From Eledone cirrhosa (Eukaryota): 64,000 bases of DNA. The stretch spans positions 10,540,001 to 10,604,000 of the forward strand of contig OZ024757.1 in NCBI GenBank assembly GCA_964016885.1. The letters are read 5' to 3'. The first letter of the stretch is position 1, and each line of letters opens with the position of its first letter. The notes under the pieces were generated by a model, which had not been told where the DNA came from, did no database searches, and saw only the letters and a program-made list of their open reading frames with translations. Positions 47,101 through 59,100 of the stretch are shown one piece after another. The translations under genes and the position numbers were made by a program.

Positions 47101-50100
47101 GTGTTGATGGTGGTGGCGGTGGTGGTAGTGTTGATGGTGGTGGCGGTGGTGGTAGTGTTGATGGTGGTGGCGGTGGTGGTAGTGTTGATGGTGGTGGTGG
47201 CGGTGGTGGTAGTGTTGATGGTGGTTGCGGTGGTGGTGGTAGTGTTGATGGTGGTGGCGGTGGTGGTAGAGTTGATGGTGATGGCGGTGGTGGTAGTGTT
47301 GATGGTGGTGGCGGTGGAGGTAGTGTTGATGGTGGTGGCGGTGGTGGTAGTGTTGAGTATGGTGGAGGTGTTGGTGGTAGTGTTGATGGTGGTGGCGGTG
47401 GTGGTGGTAGTGTTGATGGTGGTGGCGGTGGTGGTAGTGTTGATGGTGGTGGCGGTGGTGGTAGTGTTGATGGTGCTGGAGGTGTTGGTGGTAGTGTTGA
47501 TGGTGGTGGCGGTGGTGGTGGTAGTGTTGATGGTGGTGGCGATGGTGGTAGGGTTGATGGTGCTGGAGGTGTTGGTGGTAGTGTTGATGGTGGTGGCGGT
47601 GGTGGTGGTAGTGTTGATGGTGGTGGCGATGGTGGTAGGGTTGATGGTGGTGGCGGTGGTGGTAGTGTTGATCGTGGCGGTGGTGGTGGCAGTGTTGATG
47701 GTGGTGGCGGTGGTGATGGTAGTGTTGATGGTGGTGGCGGTGGTGGTGATAGTGTTGATGGTGGTGGCGGTGGTGGTACTGTTGATGGTGGTGGCGGTGG
47801 TGGTAGTAATGATGATGGTGGCGGTGGTGGTGGTAGTATTGATGGTGGTGGCGGTGGTGGTAGTGTTGATGGTGGTGGCGGTGGTGCTGGTAGTGTTGAT
47901 GGTGGTGACTGTGGTGGTGGTAGTGTTGATGGTGGTGGCGGTGGTGGTAGTGTTGATGGTGGTGGCAGTGGTGGTAGTATTGATGATGGTGGCGGTGGTG
48001 GTGGTAGTATTGATGGTGGTGGCGGTGGTGGTAGTGTTGATGGTGGTGGCGGTGGTGCTGGTAGTGTTGATGGTGGTGACTGTGGTGGTGGTAGTGTTGA
48101 TGGTGGTGGCGGTGGTGGTAGTGTTGATGGCGGTGGCGGTGGTGGTAGTGTTGATGGTGGTGGTGCTAGTGTTGATGATGGTGGCGGTGGTGGTAGTGTT
48201 GATGGCGGTGGCGGTGGTGGTAGTGTTGATGGTGGTGGCGGTGGTGGTAGTGTTGAGTGTGGTGGAGGTGTTGGTGGTAGTGTTGATGGTGGTGGCGGTG
48301 GTGGTGGTAGTGTTGATGGTGGTGGCGGTGGTGGTAGTGTTGATGGTGGTGGTGGTGGTGGTAGTGTTGATGGTGGTGGTGGTGGTGGTACTGTTGATGG
48401 TGGTGGAGGTGGTGGTGGTAGTGTTGATGGTGGTGGCGGTGGTGGTGGTAGTGTTGATGGTGGTGGTGGTAGTGTTGATGGTGGTGGCGGTGGTGGTAGT
48501 GTTGATGGCGGTGGCGGTGGTGGTAGTATTGATGGTGATGGCGGTGGTGGTAGTGTTGATGGTGGAGGTGGTGGTGGTAGTGTTGATGGTGGTGGCGGTG
48601 GTGGTGGTAGTGTTGATGGTGGTGGCGGTGGTGGTAGAGTTGATGGTGATGGCGGTGGTGGTAGTGTTGATGGTGGTGGCGGTGGTGGTAGTGTTGATCG
48701 TGGTGGCGGTGGTGGTAGTGTTGAGTGTGGTGGAGGTGTTGGTGGTAGTGTTGATGGTGGTGGCGGTGGTGGTGGTAGTGTTGATGGTGGTGGCGGTGGT
48801 GGTAGTGTTGATGGTGGTGGCGGTGGTGGTAGTGTTGATGGTGGTGGCGGTGGTGGTAGTGTTGATGGTGGTGGCGGTGGTGGTGGTAGTGTTGATGGTG
48901 GTGGCGGTGGTGGTAGAGTTGATGGTGATGGCGGTGGTGGTAGTGTTGATTGTGGTGGCGGTGGAGGTAGTGTTGATGGTGGTGGCGGTGGTCGTAGTGT
49001 TGAGTGTGGTGGAGGTGTTGGTGGTAGTGTTGATGGTGGTGGCGGTGGTGGTGGTAGTGTTGATGGTGGTGGCGGTGGTGGTAGTGTTGATTGTGGTGGC
49101 GGTGGAGGTAGTGTTGATGGTGGTGGCGGTGGTCGTAGTGTTGAGTGTGGTGGAGGTGTTGGTGGTAGTGTTGATGGTGGTGGCGGTGGTGGTGGTAGTG
49201 TTGATGGCGGTGGCGGTGGTGGTAGTATTGATGGTGATGGCGGTGGTGGTAGTGTTGATGGTGGAGGTGTTGGTGGTAGTGTTGATGGTGGTGGCGGTGG
49301 TGGTGGTAGTGTTTCTGGTGGTGGCGGTGGTGGTAGAGTTGATGGTGATGGTGGTGGTGGTAGTGTTGATGGTGGTGGCGGTGGTGTTAGTGTTGATGGT
49401 GGTGGCGGTGGTGGTAGTGTTGATGGTGCTGGAGGTGTTGGTGGTAGTGTTGATGGTGGTGGCGGTGGTGGTGGTAGTGTTGATGGTGGTGGCGGTGGTG
49501 GTAGTGTTGATGATGGTGGCGGTGGTGGTAGTGTTGATCGTGGTGGTGGTGGTGGCAGTGTTGATGGTGGTGGCGGTGGTGATGGTAGTTTTGATGGTGG
49601 TGGCGGTGGTGGTGGTAGTGTTGTTGGTGGTGGCGGTGGTGGTAGTGTTGATGGTGGTGGCGGTGGTGGTAGTATTGATGATGGTGGCGGTGGTGGTGGT
49701 AGTGTTGATGGTGGTGGTGGTGGTGGTAGTTTTGATCGTGGTGGTGGTGGTGGCAGTGTTGATGGTGGTGGCGGTGGTGATGGTAGTTTTGATGGTGGTG
49801 GCGGTGGTGGTGCTAGTGTTGTTGGTGGTGGCGGTGGTGGTAGTGTTGATGGTGGTGGCGGTGGTGGTAGTATTGATGATGGTGGCGGTGGTGGTGGTAG
49901 TGTTGATGGTGGTGGCGGTGGTGGTACTGTTGATGGTGGTGGAGGTGGTGGTGGTAGTGTTGATGGTGGTGGCGGTGGTGCTGGTAGTGTTGATGGTGGT
50001 GACTGTGGTGGTGGTAGTGTTGATGGTGGTGGCGGTGGTGGTAGTGTTGATGGTGGTGGCAGTGGTGGTAGTATTGATGATGGTGGCGGTGGTGGTGGTA

Positions 50101-53100
50101 GTATTGATGGTGGTGGCGGTGGTGGTAGTGTTGATGGTGGTGGCGGTGGTGCTGGTAGTGTTGATGGTGGTGACTGTGGTGGTGGTAGTGTTGATGGTGG
50201 TGGCGGTGGTGGTAGTGTTGATGGTGGTGGCGGTGGTGGTAGTGTTGATGGTGGTGGTGCTAGTGTTGATGATGGTGGCGGTGGTGGTAGTGTTGATGGT
50301 GGTGGCGGTGGTGGTAGTGTTGATGGTGGTGGCGGTGGTGGTAGTGTTGTTGGTGGTGGCGGTGGTGGTAGTGTTGATGGTGGTGGTGGCGGTGGTGGTA
50401 GTGTTGATGGTGGTTGCGGTGGTGGTGGTAGTGTTGATGGTGGAGGCGGAGGTGGTAGAGTTGATGGTGGAGGCGGTGGTGGTAGTGTTGATGGTGGTGG
50501 CGGTGGAGGTAGTGTTGATGGTGGTGGCGGTGGTGGTAGTGTTGAGTATGGTGGAGGTGTTGGTGGTAGTGTTGATGGTGGTGGCGGTGGTGGTGGTAGT
50601 GTTGATGGTGGTGGCGGTGGTGGTAGAGTTGATGGTGATGGTGGTGGTGGTAGTGTTGATGGTGGTGGCGGTGGTGGTAGTGTTGATGGTGGTGGCGGTG
50701 GTGGTAGTGTTGATGGTGCTGGAGGTGTTGGTGGTAGTGTTGATGGTGGTGGCGGTGGTGGTGGTAGTGTTTCTGGTGATGGCGGTGGTGGTAGTGTTGA
50801 TGGTGGTGGCTGAGGTGGTAGTGTTGATGGTGGTGGTGGTGGTGCTAGTGTTGATGGTGGTGGTGGTGGTGGTACTGTTGATGGTGGTGGAGGTGGTGGT
50901 GGTAGTGTTGATGGTGGTGGCGGTGGTGGTGGTAGTGTTGATGGCGGTGGTGGTAGTGTTGATGGTGATGGCGGTGGTGGTAGTGTTGATGGTGGAGGTG
51001 GTGGTGGTAGTGTTGATGGTGGTGGCGGTGGTGGTGGTAGTGTTGATGGTGGTGGCGGTGGTGGTAGAGTTGATGGTGATGGCGGTGGTGGTAGTGTTGA
51101 TGGTGGTGGCGGTGGTGGTAGTGTTGATGGTGGTGGCGGTGGTGGTAGTGTTGAGTGTGGTGGAGGTGTTGGTGGTAGTGTTGATGGTGGTGGCGGTGGT
51201 GGTGGTAGTGTTGATGGTGGTGGCGATGGTGGTAGTGTTGAGTGTGGTGGAGGTGTTGGTGGTAGTGTTGATGGTGGTGGCGGTGGTGGTGGTAGTGTTT
51301 CTGGTGGTGGCGGTGGTGGTAGTGTTGATGGTGATGGTGGTGGTGGTAGTGTTGATGGTGGTGGCGGTGGTGGTGGTAGTGTTTCTGGTGGTGGCGGTGG
51401 TGGTAGAGTTGATGGTGATGGTGGTGGTGGTAGTGTTGATGGTGGTGGCGGTGGTGGTAGTGTTGATGGTGGTGGCGGTGGTGGTAGTGTTGATGGTGCT
51501 GGAGGTGTTGGTGGTAGTGTTGATGGTGGTGGCGGTGGTGGTGGTAGTGTTGATGGTGGTGGCGGTGGTGGTAGTGTTGATGGTGATGGTGTTGGTGGTA
51601 GTGTTGATGGTGGTGGCGGTGGTGGTGGTAGTGTTTCTGGTGGTGGCGGTGGTGGTAGAGTTGATGGTGATGGTGGTGGTGGTAGTGTTGATGGTGGTGG
51701 CGGTGGTGGTAGTGTTGATGGTGGTGGCGGTGGTGGTAGTGTTGATGGTGCTGGAGGTGTTGGTGGTAGTGTTGATGGTGGTGGCGGTGGTGGTGGTAGT
51801 GTTGATGGTGGTGGCGGTGGTGGTAGTGTTGATGGTGGTGGCGGTGTTGGTAGTGTTGATCGTGGTGGTGGTGGTGGCAGTGTTGATGGTGGTGGCGTGG
51901 TGATGGTAGTTTTGATGGTGGTGGCGGTGGTGGTGGTAGTGTTGTTGGTGGCGGCGGTGGTGGTAGTGTTGATGGTGGTGGCGGTGGTGGTAGTATTGAT
52001 GATGGTGGCGGTGGTGGTGGTAGTGTTGATGGTGGTGGCGGTGGTGGTACTGTTGATGGTGGCGGAGGTGGTGGTTGTAGTGTTGATGGTGGTGGCGGTG
52101 GTGGTGGTAGTGTTGATGCTGGTGGCGGTGGTGGTAGAGTTGATGGTGATGGCGGTGGTGGTAGTGTTGATGGTGGAGGTGGTGGTGGTAGTGTTGATGG
52201 TGGTGGCGGTGGTGGTGGTAGTGTTGATGGTGGTGGCGGTGGTGGTAGTGTTGATGGTGGTGGCGGTGGTGGTAGTGTTGATGGTGGTGGCGGTGGTGGT
52301 AGTGTTGGTGGTGGTGGTGGCGGTGGTGGTAGTGTTGATGGTGGTGGCGGTGGTGGTGGTAGTGTTGATGGTGGTGGCGGTGGTGGTAGTGTTGAGTATG
52401 GTAGAGGTGTTGGTGGTAGTGTTGATGGTGGTGGCGGTGGTGGTGGTAGTGTTGATGGTGGTGGCGGAGGTGGTAGAGTTGATGGTGATGGCGGTGGTGG
52501 TAGTGTTGATGGTGGTGGCGGTGGAGGTAGTGTTGATGGTGGTGGCGGTGGTGGTAGTGTTGAGTATGGTGGAGGTGTTGGTGGTAGTGTTGATGGTGGT
52601 GGCGGTGGTGGTGGTAGTGTTGATGGTGGTGGCGGTGGTGGTAGAGTTGATGGTGATGGTGGTGGTGGTAGTGTTGATGGTGGTGGCGGTGGTGGTAGTG
52701 TTGATGGTGGTGGCGGTGGTGGTAGTGTTGATGGTGCTGGAGGTGTTGGTGGTAGTGTTGATGGTGGTGGCGGTGGTGGTGGTAGTGTTGATGGTGGTGG
52801 CGGTAGTGGTGGTAGTGTTGATGTTGATGGCGGTGGTGGTAGTGTTGATGGTGGTGGCGGAGGTGGTAGTGTTGATGGAGGTGGTGGTGGTGGTAGTGTT
52901 GATGGTGGTGGTGGTGGTGGTACTGTTGATGGTGGTGGAGGTGGTGGTGGTAGTGTTGATGGTGGTGGCGGTGGTGGTGGTAGTGTTGATGGTGGTGGTG
53001 GTAGTGTTGATGGTGGTGGCGGTGGTGGTAGTGTTGATGGCGGTGGCGGTGGTGGTAGTGTTGATGGTGATGGCGGTGGTGGTAGTGTTGATGGTGGAGG

Positions 53101-56100
53101 TGGTGGTGGTAGTGTTGATGGTGGTGGCGGTGGTGGTGGTAGTGTTGATGGTGGTGGCGGTGGTGGTAGATTTGATGGTGATGGCGGTGGTGGTAGTGTT
53201 GATGGTGGTGGCGGTGGTGGTAGTGTTGATGGTGGTGGCGGTGGTGGTAGTGTTGAGTGTGGTGGAGGTGTTGGTGGTAGTGTTGATGGTGGTGGCGGTG
53301 GTGGTGGTAGTGTTGATGGTGGTGGCGGTGGTGTTAGTGTTGATGGTGGTGGCGGTGGTGGTAGTGTTGATGGTGGTGGCGGTGGTGGTACTGTTGATGG
53401 TGGCGGTGGCAGTGGTGGTAGTGTTGATGGTGGTGGCGGTGGTGGTGGTAGTGTTGATGGTGGTGGCGGTGGTGGTAGAGTTGATGGTGATGGCGGTGGT
53501 CGTAGTGTTGATGGTGGTGGCGGTGGTGGTAGTGTTGATGGTGGTGGCGGTGGTGGTAGTGTTGAGTGTGGTGGAGGTGTTGGTGGTAGTGTTGATGGTG
53601 GTGGCGGTGGTGGTGGTAGTGTTGATGGTGGTGGCGGTGGTGGTAGTGTTGATGGTGCTGGAGGTGTTGGTGGTAGTGTTGATGGTGGTGTCGGTGGTGG
53701 TGGTAGTGTTGATGGTGGTGGCGGTGGTGGTATTGTTGAGTGTGGTGGAGGTGTTGGTGGTAGTGTTGATGGTTCTGGCGGTGGTGGTGGTAGTTTTGAT
53801 GGTGGTGGCGGTAGTGTTGATGGTGGTGGCGGTGGTGGTAGTGTTGATGGTGGTGGCGGTGGTGGTAGTGTTGATGGTGGTGGCGGTGGTGGTAGTGTTG
53901 ATGGTGGTGGCGGTGGTGGTAGTGTTGAGTGTGGTGGAGGTGTTGGTGGTAGTGTTGATGGTGGTGGCGGTGGTGGTGGTAGTGTTGATGGTGGTGGCGG
54001 TGGTGGTAGTGTTGATGGTGGTGGCGGTGGTGGTAGTGTTGATCGTGGTGGCGGTGGTGGTAGTGTTGAGTGTGGTGGAGGTGTTGGTGGTAGTGTTGAT
54101 GGTGGTGGCGGTGGTGGTGGTAGTGTTGATGGTGGTGGCGGTGGTGGTAGTGTTGATGGTGGTGGCGGTGGTGGTAGTGTTGATGGTGGTGGCGGTGGTG
54201 GTAGTGTTGATGGTGGTTGCGGTGGTGGTGGTAGTGTTGATGGTGGAGGCGGAGGTGGTAGAGTTGATGGTGATGGCGGTGGTGGTAGTGTTGATGGTGG
54301 TGGCGGTGGTGGTAGAGTTGATGGTGATGGCGGTGGTCGTAGTGTTGATGGTGGTGGCGGTGGAGGTAGTGTTGATGGTGGTGGCGGTGGTGGTAGTGTT
54401 GAGTATGGTGGAGGTGTTGGTGGTAGTGTTGATGGTGGTGGCGGTGGTGGTGGTAGTGTTGATGGTGGTGGCGGTGGTGGTAGAGTTGATGGTGATGGTG
54501 GTGGTGGTAGTGTTGATGGTGGTGGCGGTGGTGGTAGTGTTGATGGTGGTGGCGGTGGTGGTAGTGTTGATGGTGCTGGAGGTGTTGGTGGTAGTGTTGA
54601 TGGTGGTGGCGGTGGTGGTGGTAGTGTTTCTGGTGATGGCGGTGGTGGTAGTGTTGATGGTGGTGGCGGAGGTGGTAGTGTTGATGGTGGTGGTGGTGGT
54701 GCTAGTGTTGATGGTGGTGGTGGTGGTGGTACTGTTGATGGTGGTGGAGGTGGTGGTGGTAGTGTTGATGGTGGTGGCGGTGGTGGTGGTAGTGTTGATG
54801 GTGGTGGTGGTAGTGTTGATGGCGGTGGCGGTGGTGGTAGTGTTGATGGTGATGGCGGTGGTGGTAGTGTTGATGGTGGAGGTGGTGGTGGTAGTGTTGA
54901 TGGTGGTGGCGGTGGTGGTGGTAGTGTTGATGGTGGTGGCGGTGGTGGTAGAGTTGATGGTGATGGCGGTGGTGGTAGTGTTGATGGTGGTGGCGGTGGT
55001 GGTAGTGTTGATGGTGGTGGCGGTGGTGGTAGTGTTGAGTGTGGTGGAGGTGTTGGTGGTAGTGTTGATGGTGGTGGCGGTGGTGGTGGTAGTGTTGATG
55101 GTGGTGGCGATGGTGGTAGTGTTGAGTGTGGTGGAGGTGTTGGTGGTAGTGTTGATGGTGGTGGCGGTGGTGGTGGTAGTGTTTCTGGTGGTGGCGGTGG
55201 TGGTAGTGTTGATGGTGATGGTGGTGGTGGTAGTGTTGATGGTGGTGGCGGTGGTGGTGGTAGTGTTTCTGGTGGTGGCGGTGGTGGTAGAGTTGATGGT
55301 GATGGTGGTGGTGGTAGTGTTGATGGTGGTGGCGGTGGTGGTAGTGTTGATGGTGGTGGCGGTGGTGGTAGTGTTGATGGTGCTGGAGGTGTTGGTGGTA
55401 GTGTTGATGGTGGTGGCGGTGGTGGTGGTAGTGTTGATGGTGGTGGCGGTGGTGGTAGTGTTGATGGTGATGGTGTTGGTGGTAGTGTTGATGGTGGTGG
55501 CGGTGGTGGTGGTAGTGTTTCTGGTGGTGGCGGTGGTGGTAGAGTTGATGGTGATGGTGGTGGTGGTAGTGTTGATGGTGGTGGCGGTGGTGGTAGTGTT
55601 GACGGTGGTGGCGGTGGTGGTAGTGTTGATGGTGCTGGAGGTGTTGGTGGTAGTGTTGATGGTGGTGGCGGTGGTGGTGGTAGTGTTGATGGTGGTGGCG
55701 GTGGTGGTAGTGTTGATGGTGGTGGCGGTGTTGGTAGTGTTGATCGTGGTGGTGGTGGTGGCAGTGTTGATGGTGGTGGCGTGGTGATGGTAGTTTTGAT
55801 GGTGGTGGCGGTGGTGGTGGTAGTGTTGTTGGTGGTGGCGGTGGTGGTAGTGTTGATGGTGGTGGCGGTGGTGGTAGTATTGATGATGGTGGCGGTGGTG
55901 GTGGTAGTGCTGATGGTGGTGGCGGTGGTGGTACTGTTGATGGTGGCGGAGGTGGTGGTTGTAGTGTTGATGGTGGTGGCGGTGGTGGTGGTAGTGTTGA
56001 TGCTGGTGGCGGTGGTGGTAGAGTTGATGGTGATGGCGGTGGTGGTAGTGTTGATGGTGGAGGTGGTGGTGGTAGTGTTGATGGTGGTGGCGGTGGTGGT

Positions 56101-59100
56101 GGTAGTGTTGATGGTGGTGGCGGTGGTGGTAGTGTTGATGGTGGTGGCGGTGGTGGTAGTGTTGATGGTGGTGGCGGTGGTGGTAGTGTTGGTGGTGGTG
56201 GTGGCGGTGGTGGTAGTGTTGATGGTGGTGGCGGTGGTGGTGGTAGTGTTGATGGTGGTGGCGGTGGTGGTAGTGTTGAGTATGGTAGAGGTGTTGGTGG
56301 TAGTGTTGATGGTGGTGGCGGTGGTGGTGGTAGTGTTGATGGTGGTGGCGGAGGTGGTAGAGTTGATGGTGATGGCGGTGGTGGTAGTGTTGATGGTGGT
56401 GGCGGTGGAGGTAGTGTTGATGGTGGTGGCGGTGGTGGTAGTGTTGAGTATGGTGGAGGTGTTGGTGGTAGTGTTGATGGTGGTGGCGGTGGTGGTGGTA
56501 GTGTTGATGGTGGTGGCGGTGGTGGTAGAGTTGATGGTGATGGTGGTGGTGGTAGTGTTGATGGTGGTGGCGGTGGTGGTAGTGTTGATGGTGGTGGCGG
56601 TGGTGGTAGTGTTGATGGTGCTGGAGGTGTTGGTGGTAGTGTTGATGGTGGTGGCGGTGGTGGTGGTAGTGTTGATGGTGGTGGCGGTAGTGGTGGTAGT
56701 GTTGATGTTGATGGCGGTGGTGGTAGTGTTGATGGTGGTGGCGGAGGTGGTAGTGTTGATGGAGGTGGTGGTGGTGGTAGTGTTGATGGTGGTGGTGGTG
56801 GTGGTACTGTTGATGGTGGTGGAGGTGGTGGTGGTAGTGTTGATGGTGGTGGCGGTGGTGGTGGTAGTGTTGATGGTGGTGGTGGTAGTGTTGATGGTGG
56901 TGGCGGTGGTGGTAGTGTTGATGGCGGTGGCGGTGGTGGTAGTGTTGATGGTGATGGCGGTGGTGGTAGTGTTGATGGTGGAGGTGGTGGTGGTAGTGTT
57001 GATGGTGGTGGCGGTGGTGGTGGTAGTGTTGATGGTGGTGGCGGTGGTGGTAGATTTGATGGTGATGGCGGTGGTGGTAGTGTTGATGGTGGTGGCGGTG
57101 GTGGTAGTGTTGATGGTGGTGGCGGTGGTGGTAGTGTTGAGTGTGGTGGAGGTGTTGGTGGTAGTGTTGATGGTGGTGGCGGTGGTGGTGGTAGTGTTGA
57201 TGGTGGTGGCGGTGGTGTTAGTGTTGATGGTGGTGGCGGTGGTGGTAGTGTTGATGGTGGTGGCGGTGGTGGTACTGTTGATGGTGGCGGTGGCAGTGGT
57301 GGTAGTGTTGATGGTGGTGGCGGTGGTGGTGGTAGTGTTGATGGTGGTGGCGGTGGTGGTAGAGTTGATGGTGATGGCGGTGGTCGTAGTGTTGATGGTG
57401 GTGGCGGTGGTGGTAGTGTTGATGGTGGTGGCGGTGGTGGTAGTGTTGAGTGTGGTGGAGGTGTTGGTGGTAGTGTTGATGGTGGTGGCGGTGGTGGTGG
57501 TAGTGTTGATGGTGGTGGCGGTGGTGGTAGTGTTGATGGTGCTGGAGGTGTTGGTGGTAGTGTTGATGGTGGTGTCGGTGGTGGTGGTAGTGTTGATGGT
57601 GGTGGCGGTGGTGGTATTGTTGAGTGTGGTGGAGGTGTTGGTGGTAGTGTTGATGGTTCTGGCGGTGGTGGTGGTAGTTTTGATGGTGGTGGCGGTAGTG
57701 TTGATGGTGGTGGCGGTGGTGGTAGTGTTGATGGTGGTGGCGGTGGTGGTAGTGTTGATGGTGGTGGCGGTGGTGGTAGAGTTGATGGTGATGGCGGTGG
57801 TGGTAGTGTTGATGGTGGTGGCGGTGGTGGTAGTGTTGATGGTGGTGGCGGTGGTGGTAGTGTTGAGTGTGGTGGAGGTGTTGGTGGTAGTGTTGATGGT
57901 GGTGGCGGTGGTGGTGGTAGTGTTGATGGTGGTGGCGGTGGTGGTAGTGTTGATGGTGGTGGCGGTGGTGGTAGTGTTGATCGTGGTGGCGGTGGTGGTA
58001 GTGTTGAGTGTGGTGGAGGTGTTGGTGGTAGTGTTGATGGTGGTGGCGGTGGTGGTGGTAGTGTTGATGGTGGTGGCGGTGGTGGTAGTGTTGATGGTGG
58101 TGGCGGTGGTGGTAGTGTTGATGGTGGTGGCGGTGGTGGTAGTGTTGATGGTGGTTGCGGTGGTGGTGGTAGTGTTGATGGTGGAGGCGGAGGTGGTAGA
58201 GTTGATGGTGATGGCGGTGGTGGTAGTGTTGATGGTGGTGGCGGTGGTGGTAGAGTTGATGGTGATGGCGGTGGTCGTAGTGTTGATGGTGGTGGCGGTG
58301 GAGGTAGTGTTGATGGTGGTGGCGGTGGTGGTAGTGTTGAGTATGGTGGAGGTGTTGGTGGTAGTGTTGATGGTGGTGGCGGTGGTGGTGGTAGTGTTGA
58401 TGGTGGTGGCGGTGGTGGTAGAGTTGATGGTGATGGTGGTGGTGGTAGTGTTGATGGTGGTGGCGGTGGTGGTAGTGTTGATGGTGGTGGCGGTGGTGGT
58501 AGTGTTGATGGTGCTGGAGGTGTTGGTGGTAGTGTTGATGGTGGTGGCGGTGGTGGTGGTAGTGTTTCTGGTGATGGCGGTGGTGGTAGTGTTGATGGTG
58601 GTGGCGGAGGTGGTAGTGTTGATGGTGGTGGTGGTGGTGCTAGTGTTGATGGTGGTGGTGGTGGTGGTACTGTTGATGGTGGTGGAGGTGGTGGTGGTAG
58701 TGTTGATGGTGGTGGCGGTGGTGGTGGTAGTGTTGATGGTGGTGGTGGTAGTGTTGATGGCGGTGGCGGTGGTGGTAGTGTTGATGGTGATGGCGGTGGT
58801 GGTAGTGTTGATGGTGGAGGTGGTGGTGGTAGTGTTGATGGTGGTGGCGGTGGTGGTGGTAGTGTTGATGGTGGTGGCGGTGGTGGTAGAGTTGATGGTG
58901 ATGGCGGTGGTGGTAGTGTTGATGGTGGTGGCGGTGGTGGTAGTGTTGATGGTGGTGGCGGTGGTGGTAGTGTTGAGTGTGGTGGAGGTGTTGGTGGTAG
59001 TGTTGATGGTGGTGGCGGTGGTGGTGGTAGTGTTGATGGTGGTGGCGATGGTGGTAGTGTTGAGTGTGGTGGAGGTGTTGGTGGTAGTGTTGATGGTGGT

